A program made the position numbers and the translations under genes. Source: Styela clava (Eukaryota). From it: DNA of 64,000 nt. Numbering within the stretch: the first letter of the stretch is position 1; the number at the start of each line of letters is the position of its first letter. Under the pieces are notes generated by a model, which was given only the letters and a program-made list of their open reading frames with translations, did not search any database and had not been told where the DNA came from. The stretch spans positions 3,596,001-3,660,000 of the forward strand of contig NC_135262.1 of assembly GCF_964204865.1 (NCBI RefSeq), in the 5' to 3' direction. Below are positions 37,460 to 50,743 of the stretch, in pieces.

Positions 37460-39800
37460 CCTGTTGACTCCTATACAGATACGAATGAAAAACGTGTTGA
37501 GGTTATATTTGTTATTCGTCCGATTTCACGTAATAAGATCGATAACTTATGAAAGCCAACAATATCGAATGATAATTTTGTAGTGTTTGTCCAAGGCTAC
37601 CCAATCACAAAATTGTTTATGTTCAAATTTGTGACTTATAATTCCGCCTACAGTTCTTAAAAAAATGGTTCCAGTCATATTGCACAAGCATTATCGACCA
37701 CACGGTGTCCTAATACACAGCACTGTTCCATTTTGCAAAATTGTGTCTTCTTAAGTCTTCTCATCGATTGAGTCGGAAGTTTACTAATACCACTTCAAGG
37801 TCCTGAATAATGAGAATTTATTTCTAAAATTGACTCATATACAGGAGTAATTGTTGCTATATGCTATTGCAAATTGAATGGTTAAACTAACATTTGTGAT
37901 GAAACACTTACTTAAGATAAAATAAAACCCGTCAGTAATTGTTTCTTTATGTCTTTGAAAATTAATATGTATAGTGACCTCAAGAATCAATGTTTTTTTA
38001 AGAATTTTAACATACTTTGGGCAGTTTACAATACTATTGATCGTTATTGTTAAAAATATCCCATTTTCGATTTTATCATATCTAGATTTATTTTTCATTT
38101 TTTATCATTTTCCATGATGAAGTCATTTAAAGCTGAATACAAATCTCATCAGTATGAATTTATAAGCAATTAGGTTGACACGCGATGATACTAGATGAAA
38201 TCTCTCAAAAGAATCTTGATTACTACGGTTTCTTCTTGTTTACCTTGACTCATAAACAGACACGAAAAACATGTGTAGTGGTTTTGCTTGTGATAATCCT
38301 GATTTCACGCAAAAAAGTTCAATAGATTTTTCAGAGTAGCGGAAAGTTGTGGCGTTCTTTGTTCAATACTTTCACATCAAAAAATTGGTTATACTGTATA
38401 TAAATTTATGACTTGAAATTCCGCCCATAGATTCCTTAAGTATGTGGGAAGAAAGTCATATGTTCTCGGAGTAGAGCCACAGGGTTCCGAGACAAAAAAC
38501 CTAGAGACTCCACGAGCTATTTATACTGAAATACTGAATATTTTTTTTAATACGAACCATCAAATACATCCAAGTCATTAAATGAGATAATTTTAATTCA
38601 CTCTGGAACATTAATCGGTAAAAAATAATGTTTTTATTTTTATTTTTGGTATTTTTTAAATTTATTGTGGGGCTTCGTATATAATAGTCAACCTTCTCAT
38701 GGGCTCCATAACACCAAAAATTTGAGAACCGCTGTTAACTGATATTACAAGTGCATTTATAATCTGAAAACTGAAACATTTCAACTATTGCATTACTTTT
38801 GATATTTTGATCGAATAATCATCTGTATAATCAGACCATTACGGTGCAACCACCTACAAATTTTAAATCTGGATTCATTATCAAATATTCCCATATTCCA
38901 TGCCTCGCCAGAATAATAATTAGTTGAATTTCTACGGTTTTGACTCATGGCCAGATTACACGTGTTGTGTGGTATTCTTTGTTACTTTTCTGATTTCACG
39001 TTAACAAATTAAAATGGGGAAAACCAATAATATCGAGTTGCTCTCGTTGTGGCGATGTTTGTTCAAGTCTTTCTTATCAGAAAATTACTCATTTGAATTT
39101 GGGACTCGAAATCTTGCATAGAAAATTTTGCAAAATATACACAGTTTACTCAGTTATATAGTAACGTAAAAACTGAAACATCCCGAATATTACTTTTCAT
39201 TACATCATATATTGATCGAATTTACGGTACAAGCACATGCAAATTTTCTATTGCTATTCTTCTGATTTCACGTAAAAAAAATGGTGAAAACCAATAATAT
39301 CAAGTTGCTATTGTTATGGCGATGTTTGTTCAAAGCTTTACTATCAGAAAATTACTCATATTTAAATTTGTGACTCAAAATCTTGAAGAATGAATCTTGA
39401 GAATTGGACTCAGTTCATTGAGTTATATTACAATAGCATGAAATTTCTTTAGTGAAAACTTGAACATTTTAAATATTGCTTTTGATTGCATAGCATTTAA
39501 TTTCGATTGAATTGAGGTTCCCTGTAACGAGGTCTCGCGTCTACATGCAAATCGAATAATTGTGAATTCGTGTGCAAAAAGGCTGTTATCTCATATTATC
39601 AGATGGCATCCCTACGCTTTCCACATGTTTCCATGACTCATATGCAGACACGAAAAACATATAATGGTTTCGCTATTTTTTTGATTTCTGATGGCGGAAA
39701 CCAACAAAATGAACTTGTTATTTTATGGAGTTGTTTGTTTAAGCTTTTCCATCAGGAAATTTCTTACATTCAAATTTGTGGCATGTTCAACTTTTGCACA
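37460..39800 (+). repeat. Highly degenerate repeat cluster, about 5 units
   Basis: Modules TGACTC..CAGA.ACG, C(T/C)GATTTCACG, A(A/G)CCAA.AATATC, TGTTTGTTCAA, ATCAGAAAATT and AATTTG.GACT recur near 37500, 38280, 38980, 39260 and 39680. Confidence 0.7.
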
Positions 39801-40004
39801 AAAAATTTACTGATTATAATCTTGTAATCGATTTAATGTTTCCGTGTCTCATGGTGAAAATGGGTTTCAATGTTCAACAAGAGAAAAAGGCATTGTAACA
39901 AATAAAAAATTGCTGCTGTTGTTGTTAAAAAATGTCATAAAATAAGGTATTATGAAACGGTCAATTTTTTTTCATAAAGTTTCTATTTGGCCAATAGAAT
40001 ATGG

Positions 40005-40830
40005 GTATTGGTTGTCAATTCAGGGGCAATACAATGTTCAAATTGTTCTCCAACAAGAGATATTGAGATTTATTCTATCAAAATACTGGTCTAAGTATAA
40101 GGTGACAAAATGTTTATTTGTGTTACCATTATTGTTCCAATTTATGCTGATCGTGACAATACACCCTTTCATTGTAACTCTCTTCTTCAATGCGTAAGGA
40201 AGGGAGGAATCGTGACGTTACACTATTATCCATAAATTTTATTTTCCTATGCGAAATATAGAGGATGAAGGTCAGAATAGGGTACAGTGGGAATATATGA
40301 AGATGAGATCTTTATATAAAAAGAGAGACAAGATGATATTTCAAAAATATAAAATTTAAAAACATTCTATAAAAATTATGGTTATATGCAAAGTACGATT
40401 ACAAAGTTTTCCAACTGAAAATGTTGTTTACAACTGAGTTTTAGGTTGCCAATTCAGGCAATACAACGTTCATTTTTCTTGTGTTTGAAGTACTCTCCTA
40501 TAAGGAAATTATGAAGATTTATTCTATCAAAATACTGATCTGAAGTACAAGGTGACAAATTGTTAACTTGTGTTACCTTTATTGTTCGGATTTGCGCAGA
40601 TCATGACGTTACACTGTTAATATAATATCCATGAATCCTATTTTTATTCCAATGCAAAATATAGAAAATGAAATTCATAATAAGAAACAACGGGAATAAA
40701 TGAAGGAGAAGTTTTAATTTATAAAAAGATACAATATGTTTTTTTTAAATAAAATCAAAAAATATTTCATAAAAAACACGTTTTTATGCAAAGTTTGATT
40801 ACAAAATTTTCCAACTTGAAATGTTGTTTA
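40005..40830 (+). repeat. Diverged tandem duplication, 2 x about 430 bp
   Basis: AGATTTATTCTATCAAAATACTG, AAGGTGACAAA, TGACGTTACACT and TTTTCCAACT..AAATGTTGTTTA occur in both units. Confidence 0.88.
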
Positions 40831-41824
40831 TAAAACGTACAACTGGAGGAACAAATAGTGATTTCACGTTTTGTGTTTCTAAGTATTAACATCGTTCTTA
40901 GGACGAAAGTTTTCTATCTATTTTTATATTCTTTATTCGAAACACCTCCTGGTAATTTCAGTATTGCATCAACGCATTCAAGTAACGGTAATCGTACACG
41001 TTTATTTACAAATTTTATCTCAGTGAAATTCGTGAATTTTGGACCAATGGAATCGTGTTCACTTAATTTAATACGTAATCAATAAAAGAAAAATTTCCAT
41101 GACTAAAACGTTTGAATATTTTGAACCTAATAACCTCAATTTATATAGACTCTCCTTGTGTTTTCTAATCTTTTGTCAAGTAAAAGCTATGTATCGAAAC
41201 ATTCACATTCCAAATACAGCCGGGGAATACCAATATCCAACGTAGTCAGAATGAATAAATAAAACAGATGTCGGTGACATGAATGAATATTGCTACTGTT
41301 TTGAAGAATTTCTTATCGGTCGCCAAATCTAAATAAAGTGTCAAAATCTGGTCGACGTGACACCAAACGGTTTAAATGAAAGAGAAGTGCTGATATATGC
41401 GAAAATTCCAATGACGTGGTTTTGCTTACTTCAAGCACAGCGAAAATCTTTTAGGTAAACAATTTGTGATTAGTGACGTCATTCCCATGCGAACGATAAT
41501 TCATAAAATAGTTCATTATTTTATAGTGAACAGATTGAAAATTTCATATTGAATTTTATACATTATATTATATTCAAATGACAGCTAATTTATTTCACAC
41601 GAGGTATACATACAGCTTTGCTAAATTCTCGTGGTTGTTGTTGTTTTTCTTGTTGTTGTGTTGAGAAAATCGTTTTTGCTTTAACCCAGCCAATTTCAAA
41701 TCTTCAACATTTAAAGATGATTAAATCCGTTAAAAACGTTACGTTTAGTTTTCATTTGAGATTTCTGAGGAAATCTCTGAGACTCGATATTTCACCCAAA
41801 AGTCTGCTTTCCCCACGAATAATG

Positions 41825-42060
41825 GGCGCTCCCGTAGTATGTGGAACAAGATGGCGGACACCTGAACACAGTATGTGTACCAGGTTAGGGTTAGGCCATA
41901 GTTTTATTCCAATTTTTCTTAATTTAGTACTATTACGAGTTCGGGGTCTAACCAAGTGACTCCCATAGTATTTGTACCTGAAATTATGGCCTAACCCTAA
42001 CCTGAAACACATACTACGTTCCGGTGTCCGCCATCTTGTTGCACATTCTACGGGAGTACC
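41825..42060. mobile_element. Merlin-like MITE, subfamily A, intact
   Basis: GGCGCTCCCG...CGGGAGTACC with perfect 8-bp TSD GAATAATG (41817-41824 and 42061-42068). TIRs of about 75 bp each carry AAGATGGCGG and GGTTAGGGTTAGG. Confidence 0.93.
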
Positions 42061-43906
42061 GAATAATGTATTATTTATTACGTCGAACCAGTCGCCATTT
42101 TTCTGGGAAGCCGTTCCTCGCTGCTCAGCTGTTGATTGGCCGGCTTAGAGTAAGTTTAGAGTAAGCTGAAATCGCGTATTTCACTCTAATATGACATGAT
42201 GGAAGATACAAATAAAAAAATGAATAAAATAAATTTTTTCCTGCTGATTACAAATTGATATGTTTCCTGCTGAACTAATCACAATTTTGTTGACAAACTG
42301 ACAAATTTGACGATAAATAGACGACAAAAAAGTTTATCTATATTCTTATGAAAATCAGTATGTTGTCATGGTAGTTAATGCTAAATTGATTGATTTGTTG
42401 TTGAAAATTTCAAGTATATAAAGAAACACTCAAAAAAAAAAAAGTTCAATTATATTTCTAATGTATAAATACTGCGGAATATACATTAGTATGTGCAAAT
42501 AAAATCAGTATATAATATATAAAAAAAATATATAAAAGTATATAAAAAGTATATTAAGAAACATTCGAAAAAAGTTAATATTCTTAATGTATAAATGCTG
42601 CAGATTATATATTAATATGTGCCAATAAAATCAGTACGTTTTTGTAAAATCTTGTGCTGAATTGATAGAAATTTTATTGAATTAATGATGAATTGAAGTA
42701 TATGAAAAGCACTCGAAAATTTATTTTAATTCCTAATACAAAAATATATCACGTTAGCTTTGAACTTCTTGATGATTTGATCAAAATTTTGACGATTTGA
42801 CTAGGTAAAAAAAAATCAAAAAAGTTTATATATATTTTCGATACACAAATCCTGTTAGATTAAGATTTTCACACACAGTGGAAATTTCCGTTACGTCAAA
42901 TGTTATGGTTAAAGTTTCCCACGTTAATATTTCCACGAAAAAAACACAATCTGATTTCGCACCGTACGTGTTTAGGATTCGGAGCCACAGATAAGCATTG
43001 AGCTGACAAGGAAATCAACTATTGGATTCAGAAGGGCGTTGATGTTTTTAAACTCGAATAAGGTTTATTAAAAATCTTTACGTAATATGCTTTTTTCTCT
43101 TTTAATTAGATAGTTTGAACTGAATTGCATTTTGATAAATGACTACTTTTTTGTTAGGGCGTTTTAGATTGTTTTATTTGTGTTAATTGCATGTTTTTAC
43201 ATCGTCGTTATAAGCAGGGTCGAATAAAAGCAGTCTACCTACATAGATAGTTTCCGTAAAAAAAACTACAGAATCTTCATAAAATCAATCAATATATATA
43301 CGAATTTAATTTCATGTTAACTAATGATCATTATAGTGAGAGTGAATCACCAAATAAATTCTCGCACAGTAGTTTTAGGATGATTTAATTTGCTATTTAT
43401 TGAGTTCAAATAATATGTCCAAAAATCACAGGTTTAAAGATTTTAAATGTGAAGAAAATTATATACCCGTATATATATATATTGTAAATTTGAAATTATA
43501 AACAAGAAAACACATATTTTCTTATGTTAAAATTGTTATCATTATCAGAGAATGCACTCTATAATACATTCATTGAATATCAATCAGATTAACCTCAAAG
43601 AAAAAAATACAATTACAAAGTTACGAAGCACCTGCTTATAATGGAGATCTAATGTTGCGGCTTCAATATAGATGGTAAAGATGTTCAGTGAATGCCGCAT
43701 CACCACTTAATGATGACATGTAAGCCGGTGCAGATGATGATTCTCTCAACAGCATTGACCACATACAGATTGAAATTGCATAGTTAAGATTATATTGTGC
43801 TTCGGAGCCGAATGTGAACTTACAAACAGCTTTTCCTATACTACATGCCGTGAATATACGATGTTCTTTGCTTATCACATAAACTAAAAGCAGTAATATA
43901 AATTAA

Positions 43907-44113
43907 GGTACTCCCGTAGTGTGTGTACGAGGTTAGGGTTAGGACGTAATTTTATCCCCATTTTCTTATTTAGTTCTATTACGAGTTTGGCCACTGTCTG
44001 TTTTAGTCAGGTGAATAAACCCCCTGCCCATAACACAGTCCCATAACACATCTTGATGTAAAATAGGGGAACAAAATTGGCCTCCATATTGGCACACACA
44101 CTTCTGGAACGGC
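43907..44113 (+). mobile_element. Merlin-like MITE, subfamily B
   Basis: GGTACTCCCGTAGTGTGTGTAC.AGGTTAGGGTTAGG...; colinear with 8899-9109. Confidence 0.85.
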
Positions 44114-47100
44114 AAAATTATATAGTACTTTAAGTAATACAAAGAGTCGCATAACGAACTGCCTATCTTACATTTCACGTTTTGGTATTGGTTGATTCGT
44201 ATTTGGCTTGTGTTAACAATGCTTGAATAAAACGATTTCAAGAGTTGTAAAAAGCATAGCAAAAAAGCAGAACCTTACTCCAATTATTGCAAATGTTACC
44301 CAGTTAAATTACTTGAAATTACAAATAACAGATTTTTTTTTTGACTATTTGTCACTTAGTTACATTTTCATTAGTGTTAAAAAAATTCTATATTTTTGCG
44401 TTTACACAAAAAAACTCAATATATATACTTTTGCTAGAAAAACAGAAAATTTGAAGGCCGGATGAAATTTTAAACAAAATAGTGCTTACTAATTTTTCAT
44501 TTCTCTCGATACTTACTACTATTTATTTATTTTCAGGGTCTTGTCTAGGTTGTTTTAGGTTGGAACCTTTACGGTTCAATTTTATTTTTACATATGATAT
44601 ATTTATTATATTTCTACATAACATATGCCTTGAAAAAACGTTGTAAACGTTATTCTTTGTAAAAATATACAGCTGTTTGACAAATTTTCTAGCGACCACC
44701 CTGTGCATATAATTTTAGAAACGGAAACCAAGTTTTACTTTCAGAACCGTCGGATGGGACCCGTACGTGAAATATCATGACATCAGCGAACCTGTACTTC
44801 TATTTTAGACCTATAAGTTTTTGAAATGAGGGAACCTGTTGTTAGTATGTTCAATGCAAGAGAACTTGTTATAAAAAATTTTGAAACCATCACTGTTTAC
44901 AGTTTCTTTGGCGTGCACAATTTTGCAAAATTCAATTGCTGCACTATTATGTCGGCATTCTGTTCATATTACTAAATCAGATCTTGGTAAATTTTGCATG
45001 TTATTCTTTATTTGATAGCAATCTTATTATATGGTACAGCTTGTTTTTTTTTTATCATGTAGTGAAACCAGCTATGACATTTATCGTGAATACAGATTGT
45101 AAAATAAATAAATACACGAACTCAAAAATCCAAATTACATAACGTTGAAATGATTATCACAACTATCATCTTGTATAATTTGCTGCGTTACATTGTATAA
45201 CTGATATCAATCGATTTCTTGTTTATTTCCGTAACAAGGGCTAATCAGCAACAGTCGACTGGTTGCACTATGATCTTTTCCACTCAACCGGGTTGATATG
45301 TATAGTCGATACGACAGTAAACAGTCGTTAGTCAAAAATATTGATTAGCTTTGTTTAATTTATCACTTTTTAGGGTTATGTTTCCAATAGTTGAGTGGAA
45401 GATAAATTTCTAACTAAACAGTTACTTTTCCCTATACAGGAGTTATTGTTTTTTTCATTGAACGAAAAACCTCTCAAGCTCAGGCTAAGACAAAATTAGT
45501 TGTGTGTACCTTCTAGTATCAAATACATTAATATTCGAAACAAAATGGAGATTTTGAACATATAAGAATTTTTATATAAGCGCGAACGTTTAAAATAAGC
45601 ATTAGAAATTTCGTTAAAGTGATTTTTCTGGAGATCAAGGTCCGTACAAAATTTTTTTTACAAACAAGCTGAAATTTAACTTAACATTCTAATAGTCAAA
45701 TTGAAAATTAAATTAATCAACGATAATTTTTTCTTCAGAGATGTTATTGTTCATTTCCAATAACCTTCAAACTCTATAGTCAAAATTAATCACTCATAGT
45801 TTTCAATGGGAGCTGAAAGAATATTTCGAAACAAAATGGTGATTTTGATCATTAAACCTTTTTACACACGCGCGGACTTTCAAAAAAAAAACGCATAAAA
45901 ATTTCGCTTAGGTAATGTATAGGAATAAATTTTTGGGAGGAGAGAGTACGACAAGGGCCGGTAAAACGATCATTACACACACATTCCAAATTCCGCCTTT
46001 ATAGTATTACATAGATTAATAGTTGGAAGTGTGAAACAGTTATGGTACTGACTATACCAAGGTAATAACAAAATGGTAATTTTAATTATAAAACTATTTG
46101 ACACTCGCGCGGACTTTCACAAAAATATAGGAAAAATTATTTTTTGTGGAGCAAGAGCCAGACAAACAATCATTATGAAATGCTGAAGTTAAACCGTTAT
46201 ATATATTAACTGAAACTGAAAAAAATGGAGACGTCCAGGACCCGAAAAACAATCATTACACACACACACTTCAAATTTTATCAAATTGAAAAAGTATGTT
46301 ATTGAATATACCGAGGTAACAACACTTGCATCGTAAATTTCCATGACGCTTTTAAATCAACATAGGCCTATATTTAAACAGAAAGGCGGGATGGATCCGA
46401 TTATAAACCATTCTTGTTTATGGATTGCAAATAGATTTGACTTAAATTTCGAAGCTGTTTATGAATTAACCAGCAAGAAAAAAACAATTCTTCGAAAATG
46501 CAATATAAAGTTTTTATATATATATCAATATTAAAATATATTAAATACAACAGTTTTTTTTAATTTTGGATCCATTCATGTATAATTAGATAATATATTT
46601 TCTCAAAAAATTAAAACAATATGAATAGAACAATAAAATATAGTATTTATTAGTTGGGATTGAGCGAGACGAACTACCCCTTTCCGTTTTCTTTGCTATT
46701 GTGCAAGTGAATCTGTATAACGCATGCTGTAGCAAGAATTTTAAATCACTGTACTCTGGAATTAACACATTTTTCAATAAAATACATTGCATCAGCCAAA
46801 AATAAATTGATGAGAATTTGTTTGCTATATAATTCACTCTTCTATAATGTTTAATCATTAATATGAAATAAAATTAGCACATATATTGTTTGATTTTATG
46901 AAAATCCTTCAGTTTTATTAACAAAACTTGTAAACATATTTATCATTATTTATAAGGATGGAATTCAAATAAAAGACTATTAATTCACAAACCACGAAGC
47001 GCTATGTTCAGTTCATTTAAAATCTCTGGAGGTGTGTTATGGAAATCTCCATTACTTAGTTTTCAGCAAATCATACCACGTCACAACTTTCCCAAAAAGC

Positions 47101-47443
47101 TTTGAACTCCCAATGTACATCGTCAAGTATGGAGACTTAATAACACAACCACCATAAGCTTGTGATTATGGTATTTTGTGAAATGTGGATTATAGCAAGG
47201 CGTAATAAATACATAATAAACATACTGCAATTTTCTACTTTCTCTCCTCCGCGCGGTAAAGCTGTCAAAACAAGACTAAATTTCAAGAAATTTATGTTAC
47301 AAATAGTGTAGCGAAAAATATATGTATATGCAGGATAATTGTGATTGAACTTGATCATCGCGCTTGCAATATACAAAGTTCATATGAACTCTCGCATCAT
47401 CTCGCCTCTAAACCCGGTGTACAGTTAAACTAGATATTTTTTC

Positions 47444-47631
47444 GGCACTCCCGTAGTATGTGAACCAAGATGGCGGACACCTGAACATAGTATGTGTACC
47501 TGGTTAGGGTTAGGCCTTAATTTTATTCCAATTCTCTTTATTTTAGTTCTATTAAGACTTCCGTAGTATTTGTACCTGAAATTATGGCCTAACCTGGTCC
47601 GCCATCTTGGTTCACATACTACGGGATTACC
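47444..47631. mobile_element. Merlin-like MITE, subfamily A, internally deleted
   Basis: GGCACTCCCGTAGTATGTGAACCAAGATGGCGG ... CCGCCATCTTGGTTCACATACTACGGGATTACC; TATTTTTC-like TSD. Confidence 0.88.
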
Positions 47632-47755
47632 TATTTTTCTTCTTCTTTCTCATGTATATCAAAGCAATATGTAGAACAGCGGTTTACAATTGGGATTCTG
47701 CCAGTTCAGTACATTGATAATGTGAGTTTACATTCAGATCCGAGAATATATATTG

Positions 47756-47866
47756 AGTGCTCCCGAAGTATTCGTACCAAGATGGCATACAACCTGAAGA
47801 TAGTACGTGTACCAGTTTGGGGTGGTCCAGGTTGTGCGTCATCTTGGTACGAATACTTTCGGCTCC
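47756..47866 (+). mobile_element. Merlin-like MITE, subfamily C
   Basis: Matches 14640-14746; flanked by ATATATTG / CTATATTG. Confidence 0.8.
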
Positions 47867-47920
47867 CTATATTGTTATATGTACATCGTCTAAATATAAT
47901 CAAATACATATTAAGTTTAC

Positions 47921-47982
47921 TAAGTGATTCAAGAGTTTTTCTGCAGACTAACACAAATATATTTCTCATTTCTGTAATGTTT
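47921..47982 (-). mobile_element. Penelope-like pseudo-LTR 3' fragment
   Basis: TAAGTGATTCAAGAGT..CTGCAGACTAACACAAAT..TTTCTGTAATGTTT matches 4521-4560 and 26466-26510. Confidence 0.6.
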
Positions 47983-49296
47983 AATAGTTGTTAATAGTTA
48001 AACTATAACAAGAAAAGCAGTTACATGCATATTTAAACAATCAGTTATCAGTGTCCAACTAAAATTTCGTTTTGCATACGCCAAGAATTTTCAAACACGA
48101 AAAACCTGAAATAAATTATTAGTTACGGAAAATTACTTGTAGATTAAATATTATTCAGAAAAGTTTAGAAGAGTCCCGGTGTCAATGAGTTTAATTGCAT
48201 TTAAGTTTTTATAAATTTCCCGGTGAGTGAGAAGCGCATTTTAAAAAATAAAATCTCGACGCGTTTTTCATTAATTATTACTTGAACGGTATAATTCATG
48301 TTAAATTCACTCATAAACTCATTAATTTGGTAGTGTTCTTATTTTGCTGCAATTCCATGCACTTTTCCATGATAAAAATTGATTTTCTTTGAAGTTACGC
48401 TAAGAAATATGGTATGAAAACAAATGATAGAAGTTATTAAAATGGAATTATTTCTGAAAGTTTTCAGTTGAAGAAGAAGAAAACATGTAATAATATGTAT
48501 TACTGAATTTGAATGATGAGAATAGCTGAGGACCTTTGATTTGCCTTTGTGTAATTGGAGCTACCGGAGCTCTAACGGGGGAATTGAAATCATCTGATGA
48601 TGTTGAAGTTTAGATCACGTTACAATCAACAGTCTACAATTAGTCTTTTGTTTTTGTAATGAGAAACAAATCGTTCTATAAAAAGAAAATATACTCTTGA
48701 GAACAGAATTGAAATGACTCGCAAAAAATATTTTCATTTAATCAAAACATAACAATACCCGTTTAAATTTCGCAGAATGTTTTCTAAATGAAAAAGTAAA
48801 AGACTTCATTTTTAAGGCGCATTCCTACATCCATAAATATCAATTTATTAAATCTTGGCAAAACTGTGAAAAAGTGATAACAATCGCAAAATTTTAAGTA
48901 TCCAGGGCTTTGTGCCTAAATCCTATAAAATAACAACTTATAGTATTGCTGAACTCAATAATACACATATTTCCCTGCAAACAACAAGCAAAACTGTTTA
49001 TCATTTCCTAACCTTAATACGGAGATGTTCCGCTAATTTCTTTATTTTCCTATTTTTGATCCAATTCTCCGTATTATATCGAGATAATAAAACCATTTAT
49101 TTACCTATAAACTACAGACTAAATATGAATAACAAATATGGAATGCTTCCTGACACCTTTCCAATTCCATTCAGTTTGGAAAACAGAATTAATTTTGCTT
49201 GATAATAATCTATTTGAATATAAATAGAGAACAGAGAAAAACTTAACATTTAAAAAGCTCGCCATGTCATAATCTTCAGGTTATTTGTGAGATAAG

Positions 49297-49505
49297 TAGG
49301 GTGATCATGAAGTCTTTTAAAATAAATTAAAATTACGCAGGGGAATTTATCGATACCATATATTGTTTTGGCCCTCACATATGTATTAAATGAAGTAAAA
49401 ATACTCAAACATATACTGATTAAAAAACAACAAACCTGGTTAAAATTTATTGAGAACTGACTGACTATACAAAATTAAAATTGTAAAGGGACTTTATGAA
49501 CATCG
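49297..49505 (-). mobile_element. Tc1/mariner MITE
   Basis: Reverse-complement copy of 13271-13477, ending AAAGGGACTTTATGAACATC. Confidence 0.83.
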
Positions 49506-49692
49506 AATAATTTTTATTAATATTGTTTGTGATATATTATAAATTCATAACACAATATCATCTGATCCTGGAACATACAAGCATATTGAATCAGAGTGAA
49601 CAGACAGACAAAGTTGTAAATGTAAAAAAAAAATGTTACTTTTTTTTGAATATAGCATGAAATCATGTCTACAAAAATAATGCTGGATTTTT

Positions 49693-49921
49693 GGCGCTCT
49701 AGAAGTTTGTGAAAATATGGAGGTAACTAATTTTGTTCGCCTACTTTACATCAAGCTGTGTAAAAGGACTGAAAATCTATGGGTATGTGGTATATTCAAT
49801 TGGCTAACACAGATATTCCTCGAACTCGTTATATAACTAAAATAAGGAAAATCGGAATAAAATTCTGAAAAAAAATTCTAAAATTCTAACTCTAACCTCG
49901 TACACACACTACAGAAGTACC
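49693..49921 (-). mobile_element. Merlin-like MITE, subfamily B
   Basis: GGCGCTC...AGTACC with perfect TSD GGATTTTT on both sides. Confidence 0.88.
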
Positions 49922-50743
49922 GGATTTTTAACGTTGATATTGCTCAGGTAATCATAATTCAATTTTAATACGAAATTGAAAATTGATTTTATTATGTTGC
50001 ATGTAATTTTCCTTACTACGGAATACAGAATAATTTCCTTAAAAATAGACTGAAACGCGGACTAAATCAAAATTTTGAAATATAAGGATATTCCAGGTTT
50101 TTAAATTATCGTTTTATTCAACAAAAATATATGAATTTGCCACAAAAGTAGTGAAAAGTCCAGGTTTCAATCGTGTTTGGGACACCCATTAATTTGTTAA
50201 ATGTCAAATAATTTATTACTTCATTATATAGAAAAAAGATAAACAGAAATGACTGCAAAATGATATTTCTCTCAAATGTACCAGTTGCGAATTGCAACAA
50301 CACCTCGACACTGCATGGAAATTTCCATTACGCTAATTCACATGCTTTATACCGCATCGTTCCACGTAAATGAAGATGAAAATCTTTTTATTTATATTAC
50401 CTTGGCCGACTACCAACCGCAAGGAAACTTGGTCGAACCAGATATATTATCTATGATCTTGTTTAGTTGATCAAAAAAAGTATAGGCCGAAAATGGGTGT
50501 ATTGCATACAAAATAAACACCTCACACCAACCATGTTTCAGCTCTGTGGGAAATGTGACAATATTGAACATGATTATAAGACAGATTACTGTCAGATTAA
50601 TTCGTCTGCGTGGTAACATGCGTCAGTTGCCGCGGCTATTGCTTGCTTAATCCATTGCACCATTTTGATAGTTGCAACTTTATATAATTCATGTACCTAC
50701 TCGTGCCTTACGCTCCAAACAATTCTCCGTTCAAAGATCCACA

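Noticed and set aside
41752-42012. Recurrent similar ORFs (MCTRLGLGHNFRYKYYGSHL...) at 30259, 31325, 36911, 41618/41752 and 51846 that look like a small protein family
   Set aside because: They are translations of the TTAGGG-containing MITE. Starts, stops and frames differ between copies, and the palindromic TIR gives the same peptide on both strands.
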